Shown here: positions 8,913 to 16,630 of the stretch, piece after piece | Position numbering within the stretch: position 1 is the stretch's first letter | How the letters are laid out: every line of letters begins with the position of its first letter | DNA from: Candidatus Gastranaerophilales bacterium | Lineage (GTDB): Bacteria > Cyanobacteriota > Vampirovibrionia > Gastranaerophilales > Gastranaerophilaceae | Direction: 5' to 3' | NCBI GenBank assembly: GCA_947630045.1 | Contig: CANRGC010000009.1 | Location: 21,566 to 85,565 of the forward strand | Length of the DNA: 64,000 nt | Program-made: the position numbers and the translations under genes | The notes under the pieces: generated by a model | What the model saw: only the letters and a program-made list of their open reading frames with translations | Told to the model about the DNA's origin: nothing | The model's database searches: none

Positions 8913-10349
8913 TTAAAATACGATAGTGATTTCTTCATTCGGATTTAATGATGAAGAATTTGAAAGTGAAGGAACAAGTACATAAACGAGTTCATCACCA
9001 ACTTCATAAATTACACCGAATGTGCCTGAAACGCAAGTTTTAACAATGTCATAAGTTCCTTTGAGAACTGTTACAACAGAGTTACCCAAGCTTGCAGCAC
9101 CACGGCCGGGGTGTAAAGTGAAGGTTTCAACCAATGTGTTTGAAAGTTCGTCACCGACTTCTTCAAGTCCGTTTCCTGTAACGTTAGCAATTGCAGCGCC
9201 TGATCTTCCGACAACACCAACTGTACGGCCGGCGATTGTAAGAGGAGCACCGACTAATCTTGCTAAGATGTTAGGATTTTTAAGGTCATCAACTGAAGCT
9301 GAAGCAACTTGTTTCGGCAAGTCTTTTTTGCAGTCGTCATTTTTGATGTATTTGAATTGAACTTTAATATATCCGGGTTCTTTAATTCCGGGTCTTTGAA
9401 CAGCAACAACTTCGCCTCTAACGATTGAACCTTCGGGGAATGTTGTTCCGTCAACTACAACTGATTCTGTTGTTTTAGCTGTGAACCAGTCGCCGATATT
9501 TGATGTTTTAGCTGACAATCTGTCTAAAAGTTTAACTTTAACGGTAGTAACACCGGCGCCGATACCGCTTAAGTCACCGGCAGCAGCTGAACCGTTTTGT
9601 AATGATGCATAATTTTTTCTTAATGAAGCAATGAGGTAAGCAACTTGTTCTTTTGAAAGATATTCATTTTCAAGAACACCTTTTGTGTTAGGAACAGCGT
9701 CCAACAAACCTGAAGCAATTACTTCATCCGTGCAACCGTATGCCCAAGTCGGGATATATTTCATAGCTTCGCCTTTGTATACGGGTGCTCCTGTTCCGTG
9801 GTCAACATTGATTAATTTTGCAACCGTAGCAAAAACTTCAGCTTTTGTAATCGGTTGATCCGGTTTGAATACGCCTGAAGGATATCCGATCATGATATCT
9901 TTTTCAGTAACTTTATATATCCAGTCTTTTGCCCAATAAGCATCGGTAATGTCGGAATAAGGTTTATAGTTAGCTGGTGCTTCAACATTTAAACCTTCAG
10001 CCAACATGGTAGCAACTTCTGAACGAAGTGTAGGTGCTTTTGGGTTGAATGATGTTGTTTGACCGGATTTTAATTGGCTGTCTTTAATAAGGTCTAATAC
10101 ATCTTTAGCCCATGATTTAACATAAACGTTGTCTTTGTTTCCTACGGTAATTTTGTTTTTGGATTTCAAGATTTTACCGCCTGTGATATAGCTTGAATTA
10201 GCATCAACAAGGGTTTGAGCTTGAGATTTAAACAATGTAGGATGCGCATAAGCTTCTGTTTTTGTTTCGTCACAGCATTTAGCCATAGCGACTGAAGAAA
10301 TAGCGCAGAATGCAACCGTTGCTGCAAGAAGTTTTTTCATAACTTTCAT
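8913..10349 (-). CDS. secreted SLH-domain envelope protein with an uncharacterised C-terminal domain
   Basis: Signal peptide MKVMKKLLAATVAFCAISSVAMA, with the start moved to ATG 10349 behind AGGAGA. SLH-type repeats: FNPKAPTLRSEVATMLAEGL, YSDITDAYWAKDWIYKVTEKDIMIGYPSGVFKPDQPITKAEVFATVAKL, and YLSKEQVAYLIASL. The C-terminal ~220 aa are Gly/Val-rich and of unknown function. Confidence 0.8.
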   Translation of the reverse strand: MKVMKKLLAATVAFCAISSVAMAKCCDETKTEAYAHPTLFKSQAQTLVDANSSYITGGKILKSKNKITVGNKDNVYVKSWAKDVLDLIKDSQLKSGQTTSFNPKAPTLRSEVATMLAEGLNVEAPANYKPYSDITDAYWAKDWIYKVTEKDIMIGYPSGVFKPDQPITKAEVFATVAKLINVDHGTGAPVYKGEAMKYIPTWAYGCTDEVIASGLLDAVPNTKGVLENEYLSKEQVAYLIASLRKNYASLQNGSAAAGDLSGIGAGVTTVKVKLLDRLSAKTSNIGDWFTAKTTESVVVDGTTFPEGSIVRGEVVAVQRPGIKEPGYIKVQFKYIKNDDCKKDLPKQVASASVDDLKNPNILARLVGAPLTIAGRTVGVVGRSGAAIANVTGNGLEEVGDELSNTLVETFTLHPGRGAASLGNSVVTVLKGTYDIVKTCVSGTFGVIYEVGDELVYVLVPSLSNSSSLNPNEEITIVF

Positions 10350-10470
10350 TTTTTCTCCTATCCTATTCCAATAAAGTCTACACACTTTATTTATCTACCT
10401 AATGTCTGTCCTATAACAATATTAAAAAATGCGCAAAATGTCAACCATGAAAAACGAAATTTATCCGATT

Positions 10471-11154
10471 TTAAAAGGTTCTGTTATTGCTCAATCGTGG
10501 AGTTAGAGTTACGTTTATAAGATTGCCGTTCCTTTTAACGGTCAAGTTTAAAGTGTCCGTCATTGATTTTGCATTCAAAATTGTTGCATACTCTTTGAGC
10601 GGAATTTTATTTAAGGGAACACCGTTAACTTCGGTTATAACATCGCCCGCCATAAGCCCTTTTTTCAAGGCGTCATATTTAACCGTGGTAAGAACAATTC
10701 CCGTTTCTCTGCCTTTTGGAGCTTTAATTTTTCCGCCTTCATACGTATAAGTATCAAAATCAAAACCCAAACCGTATAAAAGTCTTCCTTTAATTGCTCC
10801 TTTTATTGCTTCCATGATTTTTTGTTCGTCGTACGGTTCAACATTTTTGGGCGCCATTCCGTATGCGGAATAATAAACCGTTAAATCAAGTCTTGTGCTT
10901 TCATCAAGCGGAGTTAATTTAAAAACATAATTATAAGTGTATATTCCCCTTTTTGTATGCCGCTGTTCAGCTGCCTGAAAGGTGTTTGAAGAATATGACT
11001 CACCATGATTAACTACACCGCCTCTTGTCAAAATATATTTCGAAATTCCCGCTTTAAGGGCATTTTCATCCATTCCGTCAAAAACTTCGGTTGTTGTTGC
11101 ATAAGCTAAATTTGAACTTATAAATAATATAAGGGCTAAAAATATTTTTTTCAT
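10471..11154 (-). CDS. secreted PDZ-domain protein
   Basis: Signal peptide MKKIFLALILFISSNLAYA. C-terminal PDZ-like segment GIVLTTVKYDALKKGLMAGDVITEVNGVPL...LNLTVKRNGNLINVTL. Its start overlaps the UDG stop (ATGA). Confidence 0.6.
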   Translation of the reverse strand: MKKIFLALILFISSNLAYATTTEVFDGMDENALKAGISKYILTRGGVVNHGESYSSNTFQAAEQRHTKRGIYTYNYVFKLTPLDESTRLDLTVYYSAYGMAPKNVEPYDEQKIMEAIKGAIKGRLLYGLGFDFDTYTYEGGKIKAPKGRETGIVLTTVKYDALKKGLMAGDVITEVNGVPLNKIPLKEYATILNAKSMTDTLNLTVKRNGNLINVTLTPRLSNNRTF

Positions 11155-11735
11155 TTTATTTCCTCGTATACTCTTTTAATTTCTTTAATATCCTGCCACA
11201 TCTGCCATTTCGGCGAGCCCTTTTCTCTTGAATCGTTCCTTAAAAGATAAGAAGGGTGATAAATGGGCATCATTTTTGAACCATACGGACCTTCAAACCA
11301 GTTGCCTCTGGCTTTTGTAATGCCATAGGGCAAATTAAGCATGCTCTTTAGTGCAACATTACCGCACAATAGTATTATTTTCGGTCTTAAAATGTCAAGT
11401 TGAGCATCTAAAAATTCTCTGCACGCTTCCTTCTCCGAAGGCTCAGGATCACGGTTTTCAGGCGGTCTGCATTTAATTGTGTTCATTATATAAATATCTT
11501 TTTTTCTTGAAAGCCCGACTGAATTTAAAATTTTATCAAGAAGCTGCCCTGCCCTTCCCACAAAGGGTAAGCCTTCCTTATCTTCATAATATCCCGGAGC
11601 TTCACCGATTAAAACGAGTTTATTGTTTGGAACACCGTCAGAAAAAACAACATTTGTACGAGTTTTTGAAAGCGGACACTTTTGACAGCATTCACACTTT
11701 TCTTTTACTTTGTTTAAATGTTCTTCAAAGTTCAT
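11151..11735 (-). CDS. uracil-DNA glycosylase, family 4 (Fe-S type)
   Basis: CCQKCPLSKTRTNVVFSDGVPNNKLVLIGEAPGYYEDKEGLPFVGRAGQLLDKIL...NTIKCRPP...YHPSYLLRN. Confidence 0.85.
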   Translation of the reverse strand: MNFEEHLNKVKEKCECCQKCPLSKTRTNVVFSDGVPNNKLVLIGEAPGYYEDKEGLPFVGRAGQLLDKILNSVGLSRKKDIYIMNTIKCRPPENRDPEPSEKEACREFLDAQLDILRPKIILLCGNVALKSMLNLPYGITKARGNWFEGPYGSKMMPIYHPSYLLRNDSREKGSPKWQMWQDIKEIKRVYEEIK

Positions 11736-11824
11736 ATTTTATCGCCTTTTTGCTTAATTTTATCACAGTTTTAAATTTTCACTTGTAAAGTTTTGTTTGC
11801 AGATAGCTTGTTTTTTAATTTAAG

Positions 11825-11833
11825 TGTTAGAAT
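11825..11833 (+). promoter_or_regulatory. candidate extended -10 element (TGtTAGAAT) immediately upstream of the oxidoreductase operon
   Basis: tgttagaat at 11825-11833. The ATG of the ferredoxin subunit is at 11840 and has no convincing SD. Confidence 0.3.
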
Positions 11834-11839
11834 GAAGTT

Positions 11840-12049
11840 ATGCCCAAGATAATTATAGATACGGAAAAATGTAAAAGCTGCGGAATATGTATGGAGTTTT
11901 GCCCCAAAGGGCTCATTAAATATGCCAATCAAGCGAACTCCGGCGGAAATATTCCTGCCGCTTTTGTTGATGTTGAAAACAAATGCACCGGTTGTGCAAT
12001 TTGTGCAATTTCATGCCCTGAAATTGCAATCAAAGAGGTTTTAAGATAA
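11840..12049 (+). CDS. 2-oxoacid:ferredoxin oxidoreductase delta subunit (2x[4Fe-4S] ferredoxin)
   Basis: Two CxxCxxCxxxCP motifs (CKSCGICMEFCP and CTGCAICAISCP). It is the first gene of a D-A-B-C operon like oorDABC/korDABC. Substrate specificity cannot be read from the sequence. Confidence 0.85.
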   Translation: MPKIIIDTEKCKSCGICMEFCPKGLIKYANQANSGGNIPAAFVDVENKCTGCAICAISCPEIAIKEVLR

Positions 12050-13125
12050 TGGCTGAAAAAGTTTTAATGAAGGGAAATATTGCTATAGCAAAAGCCGCAA
12101 TTGACGCCGGTCTTGACTGTTATTTCGCATATCCTATTACCCCTCAAAACGAAATTGGCGAATTTATGAGCAAGACCATGCCCGAATTAAATAAAACATA
12201 TATAAACGCCGAATCTGAACTTGCGGCAATTAATATGGTAATCGGGGCATGCTCCACGGGAAAAAAAGCGATGACAAGTTCATCTTCCTGTGCCATAGCT
12301 CTTATGCAAGAAGCAATTTCAGCCATGGCGACGGCGGAAATTCCGGGAGTTATAATTTCCGTTATGCGCTCAGGTCCGGGGTTGGGGCATATTATCGCTT
12401 CTCAGGGTGATTATTTCCAAGCAACAAAAGGGGGCGGAAACGGAGACTATCATACAATCGTTCTTGCGCCTTCCACAATTGACGAAGCGGTTGAATTTAC
12501 CCACAGGGTGTTTTACCTTTCGAGAAAATATAAAAACCCTGCAATGCTTTTAGCTGACGGCTTTCTGGGGCAAATGATGGAGCCTGTTGAATTAAAAAAA
12601 TATGACTTTGGAGAGGTTGACTCATCAGATTGGGAACTTGACGGGGTTGGAGAGAATGAAAACAAACGCCCGCCGAGAAAGCTTGTTTCGCTTCATATGG
12701 GGGGCGATGACCTCATTGTTTTGAACAATAAACTTCAAAAAAAATATAAAGAAATTGAAGAAAAAGAAGTTTTATATGAAGAATTTATGATGAATGATGC
12801 CGAAATTATGATTACGGCGTTTGGAACGGTTGCAAGAGTAGCGAAAAGCGCAATTTTAACATTAAGACAAAATGGAGTTAAAATTGGCATGATAAGACCG
12901 ATAACCCTTTGGCCCTTCCCTTCCGAAGTTGTTAAAAAATATTCAAAACAGGTTAAAAGCATACTTGATGTTGAAATGAACGAAGGTCAAATGGCGCTTG
13001 ATGTTAAAGCTTCAGTTGAAACTCCCGTCAAAATTGAGATTTTATCAAAACTCGGCGGAGATGTCATAAGGGCACGTGATATTGTCAACAAAGTTATGGA
13101 AATGAATTATGTCGGAATTATGTAA
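12049..13125 (+). CDS. 2-oxoacid:ferredoxin oxidoreductase alpha subunit
   Basis: MKGNIAIAKAAIDAGLDCYFAYPITPQNEI...ESELAAINMVIGACSTGKKAMTSSS. The start overlaps the delta-subunit stop (TAATG). Confidence 0.9.
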   Translation: MAEKVLMKGNIAIAKAAIDAGLDCYFAYPITPQNEIGEFMSKTMPELNKTYINAESELAAINMVIGACSTGKKAMTSSSSCAIALMQEAISAMATAEIPGVIISVMRSGPGLGHIIASQGDYFQATKGGGNGDYHTIVLAPSTIDEAVEFTHRVFYLSRKYKNPAMLLADGFLGQMMEPVELKKYDFGEVDSSDWELDGVGENENKRPPRKLVSLHMGGDDLIVLNNKLQKKYKEIEEKEVLYEEFMMNDAEIMITAFGTVARVAKSAILTLRQNGVKIGMIRPITLWPFPSEVVKKYSKQVKSILDVEMNEGQMALDVKASVETPVKIEILSKLGGDVIRARDIVNKVMEMNYVGIM

Positions 13126-13867
13126 TCAGGAAAAAACAGTCTTTTCAAGACCCAAAACAATTAAAGAAGATTACGATTACACCTTTTGCGCAGGCTGCGG
13201 ACACGGGGTGGTTTTAAGGCTTGTTGCGGAATGTATTGACGAGCTTAACCTTCAAAAAGATACTATAGCCGTTGCCTCTGTCGGATGTTCAATTTGCCTT
13301 GAAAAATATTATGACCTTGATGTTGTGGGTTCATCTCACGGGCGTGCGCCTTGTGTTGCAACGGGCGTTAAACGTGCAAAACCGAACAAAATTGTTTTTA
13401 CTTATCAGGGAGACGGGGACGCCGCCACAATCGGCATGAATGAAACAATTCATACCGCATGTCGTGGAGAAAATCTTACAACAATTTGCATAAATAACAC
13501 AAACTTTGGTATGACCGGCGGACAAGCAAGCGCAACAAGCATTATCGGGCAAAAAACCGCAACAACACCCTTGGGAAGAGACCCGAAACTTTTCGGCTAT
13601 CCTTTAAAAATAGCCGAAATGGTTGCTATGTGTGAAGGAAGCTGTTATGTTGCAAGGTGCGGAGTTTTTAATCCGAAAAGCATAATTCAGACAAAAGCCG
13701 CAATCAAAAAAGCTTTTGAAAACCAGATAGCAAAAAAGGGGTTCAGCTTTGTCGAAGTCTTATGCGCATGCCCGACAGGCTGGAAAATGAGCCCTGTTGA
13801 ATCAATGAAGTTTATAGAAAACGAAATAACAAAAACTCACAAACTCGGGGTCTTTAAGGATACTTAA
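13109..13867 (+). CDS. 2-oxoacid:ferredoxin oxidoreductase beta subunit (TPP-binding)
   Basis: FCAGCGHGVV...GDGDAATIGMNETIHTACRGENLTTICINNTNFGMTGGQ is the TPP-binding GDG...NN motif. Confidence 0.9.
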   Translation: MSELCNQEKTVFSRPKTIKEDYDYTFCAGCGHGVVLRLVAECIDELNLQKDTIAVASVGCSICLEKYYDLDVVGSSHGRAPCVATGVKRAKPNKIVFTYQGDGDAATIGMNETIHTACRGENLTTICINNTNFGMTGGQASATSIIGQKTATTPLGRDPKLFGYPLKIAEMVAMCEGSCYVARCGVFNPKSIIQTKAAIKKAFENQIAKKGFSFVEVLCACPTGWKMSPVESMKFIENEITKTHKLGVFKDT

Positions 13868-13868
13868 A

Positions 13869-14411
13869 ATGACGGATAAACAGACAAATATAATAGTTTC
13901 AGGCTTTGGCGGACAGGGAGTTTTGTTTTTAGGCACAATACTTTCTCATGCTGCCATTATCGAAAGAAAAAACACCACTTGGATACCAAGCTATGGCGCC
14001 GAGATGAGGGGCGGCAGCGCAAACTGTTATGTTGTCATTTCAAAAGAAGAAATCGCCTCTCCCATTTTTGATGAGGCAGATTTGGGAATATTCTTATCAA
14101 AACAGGCAATGGAAAAGTTTGAAGACCATATTGCAACAGGGGGCTTAATTATTGCCGATTCTTCAAGAGTGGGCGACATACAAACGAGAAGCGATATAGA
14201 ATATTGTGAAAAACCTTTTAATACCCTTGTTTTGGAGCAAAATAAAAATTTGCTTTTAAATATTGTTGTTCTGGGTTTTGTTATTAAAAAAACAGGCATT
14301 TTATCAAAAGAAAACGTTCTTGTTGCCTTAAAAAAAGTTTCCGAAATGAAAAAACCCGAATTTATCGACTTAAACGTTAAATCTTTTGAATTCGGATATT
14401 CTCTTATATAA
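13869..14411 (+). CDS. 2-oxoacid:ferredoxin oxidoreductase gamma subunit
   Basis: IIVSGFGGQGVLFLGTILSHAA...IPSYGAEMRGGSANCYVVIS. Confidence 0.9.
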   Translation: MTDKQTNIIVSGFGGQGVLFLGTILSHAAIIERKNTTWIPSYGAEMRGGSANCYVVISKEEIASPIFDEADLGIFLSKQAMEKFEDHIATGGLIIADSSRVGDIQTRSDIEYCEKPFNTLVLEQNKNLLLNIVVLGFVIKKTGILSKENVLVALKKVSEMKKPEFIDLNVKSFEFGYSLI

Positions 14412-14446
14412 AAAAAACAGGCGCCATATAAGCACCTGTTTTTTTA
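14412..14446 (+). terminator. intrinsic terminator after the oxidoreductase operon
   Basis: caggcgc (14418-14424) pairs with gcacctg (14432-14438) with one mismatch. A T7 run follows. Confidence 0.6.
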
Positions 14447-14474
14447 AGTACAGAAATTTGAAAGATTGTTATAT

Positions 14475-15311
14475 TTATGCGTTGTTTGTAGTTTTGTTGT
14501 TGTTTGAAGAGAAAAGTTTATTTCCGATGTAAGTTAATACACCGAGTCCTGCTGCAACTCCCGTTGCAACTAAAGCTTTTTTACCTGTTGATTTTTTTGC
14601 TACATTTGAAACAATTTTACCAATTCTTTTGAAAAGCCCGCCGCCTGAGGTCCAGCCGTTTTTTATTTCCTTAAGTCCGTTTGAAATAACCTGAGTGTTT
14701 CCGTTTTTCAAAGCATTGTAACCGACGGTTAAAGCTCCTGCTGCAACTGCGCCTGTCGCTATTCCGGTAACAATTCCCGCCCCTGATGCAACTTGTGCGC
14801 TTTTTGAAACGCCTGTTCCCGTAACTTCAGCAATTAATTCGTCTTTTGAAGACCCGTTACACATAAGACCAAACACAGGTAATGAAGATGTAAAGCCGGC
14901 TTCAAATGAAGATACACCTTTTTGTGAAGCGTCATTTACGAGAGATGAACCTGTTGCTGAGATATATTTTTCCTGTAACAAAGTTTTTATTTCATTTTCT
15001 GAATAATTTTGATAATAGGGGTTTGATTGCATATCATTATAAAGTTCATTATATTTTGCCATTGCATCATCGGTTCTGCCTTCTTTTAAAAGATAGTCGA
15101 TTGTCTGGCATTGTTGCGCAAAACTTGAAGATGAAGCTGCGCTTTTATTTGCATATGATGTTGATGTTGCTCCGATATCATAGCTGTCTGCTATATTATC
15201 TTTTACAACTTCCTTGTTAACGCCGTTATAAAGACCATTTGCCCCGTAAGTGCCATATCCCGCAAGACCGTTAAGTCCCGAATATTGGCTGTTAATTGCT
15301 GCTAAACTCAT
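14475..15311 (-). CDS. hypothetical protein, monocistronic. N-terminus G/Y/N/S-rich, helical middle, two Gly/Ala-zipper hydrophobic segments.
   Basis: 278-aa ORF with no signal peptide (MSLAAINSQYSGLNGLAGYGTYGANGLYNG). Hydrophobic segments are GAGIVTGIATGAVAAGALTVGY and ALVATGVAAGLGVLTYIG. I recognise no family. Confidence 0.6.
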   Translation of the reverse strand: MSLAAINSQYSGLNGLAGYGTYGANGLYNGVNKEVVKDNIADSYDIGATSTSYANKSAASSSSFAQQCQTIDYLLKEGRTDDAMAKYNELYNDMQSNPYYQNYSENEIKTLLQEKYISATGSSLVNDASQKGVSSFEAGFTSSLPVFGLMCNGSSKDELIAEVTGTGVSKSAQVASGAGIVTGIATGAVAAGALTVGYNALKNGNTQVISNGLKEIKNGWTSGGGLFKRIGKIVSNVAKKSTGKKALVATGVAAGLGVLTYIGNKLFSSNNNKTTNNA

Positions 15312-15423
15312 ACAAACTTCCTTCCAAAATATCTGTAACTTATCCTTGTACCATGATAAAAACTTTTTCTTTGCGCAAATTGCCTGATTTTACATGTTTT
15401 GCTTAACAATTTTTAACAAATAG

Positions 15424-15448
15424 AATAAATATTTGTTACAAAGTATTC
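15424..15448. promoter_or_regulatory. perfect 9-bp inverted repeat (taacaaata-N7-tatttgtta) in the divergent intergenic region
   Basis: Read directly at 15424-15432 and 15440-15448. A ttaacaa half-site-like copy also occurs at 15413-15419. Chance occurrence is plausible in AT-rich DNA. Confidence 0.2.
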
Positions 15449-15513
15449 ATCTTGAAACTTTTGAGCTATTCTATAGATAGAGAGTTTTTTATTTGGGGGT
15501 TGATTTTACGCAT

Positions 15514-16614
15514 ATGTTCAATATAAATAATTTTTTACAAAAAGTTTCAAAAGTAAAAGCGTCCGATGTTCATTTAACCGTTGGCAAACGCCCCTCTTTA
15601 AGAGTATCTGGACAGGTTATTAAGCTTGATGAACCGCCTTTGGTTGAAGAAGATTTTGATGAAATTATAAAAACTGTTTTGCCGAAAGATTTTTCTCTAA
15701 AACTTAAAAACACGACAGATTTAGACTTTACATATGAATTAAAGGGAGTTTCAAGATACAGGGTTAACTATTGCAAAGATTTGGGTATGCCAAAATTGAC
15801 CATGAGGCTCATTCCTTATGAAGTTCCGACTTTTGATGAACTTATGCTCCCCCCTTCAATTCAACACTTTGCCGATTTTAATAACGGAATTCTTTTAATC
15901 ACCGGTCCGACAGGTTCGGGAAAATCAACAACAATTGCTTCAATTCTTGAAAACATTAACAAAACAAAGAAAAAACATATTATTACGATTGAAGACCCGA
16001 TAGAATTTTTGTATACGGATAAAAACTGTCTTATAACACAAAGAGGCTTGGGGCTTGACGTTGAAGATTTCCCAAGCGGAATAAAATATGCTTTAAGACA
16101 AGACCCCGACATTATTGTTATCGGTGAAATCAGAGATACCGAAACCGTTGAAGCCGCAATTCAGGCAGCCGAAACGGGACACCTTGTTTTATCCACCCTT
16201 CATACAAATTCTGCCGTTCAAACAATTAACAGAATTATAGGGCTTTTTGAAACAGACCAAAAAGAATTTATTATGAAAAGGCTTTCCACAACGCTAAGGG
16301 GAACAATTGCCCAAAAGCTCGTAAGAAAAAAAACAGGCGGACTTGCTCCTGCGCTTGAATTAATGGCAACAACGTCCGCTATTGCAGACTATATTGCAAA
16401 AGGAAAGCAATATGAAATTGATGAAATTTTAACAAAATCAAATTCACAAACTCTATGCACAATGAATACCTCGCTTTTCAATTTATACAACCTTGATATT
16501 ATAGACAAAGAGGTTGCCATTGAGGCAAGCAACAACCCGACGGAACTCTATCAGATGATGAGAGGAATTTATCACGGATACGTTGATACGGGAACATCTA
16601 ATAACTTGATATAA
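15514..16614 (+). CDS. pilT: type IV pilus retraction ATPase, PilT family
   Basis: ASDVHLTVGKRPSLRVSGQV, Walker A GPTGSGKSTT, TIEDPIEF, the Asp box and Walker B DPDIIVIGEIRD, and the His box GHLVLSTLHTNSA. The start was moved to ATG 15514. Confidence 0.9.
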   Translation: MFNINNFLQKVSKVKASDVHLTVGKRPSLRVSGQVIKLDEPPLVEEDFDEIIKTVLPKDFSLKLKNTTDLDFTYELKGVSRYRVNYCKDLGMPKLTMRLIPYEVPTFDELMLPPSIQHFADFNNGILLITGPTGSGKSTTIASILENINKTKKKHIITIEDPIEFLYTDKNCLITQRGLGLDVEDFPSGIKYALRQDPDIIVIGEIRDTETVEAAIQAAETGHLVLSTLHTNSAVQTINRIIGLFETDQKEFIMKRLSTTLRGTIAQKLVRKKTGGLAPALELMATTSAIADYIAKGKQYEIDEILTKSNSQTLCTMNTSLFNLYNLDIIDKEVAIEASNNPTELYQMMRGIYHGYVDTGTSNNLI

Positions 16615-16630
16615 AAAAGGAGATAACACT

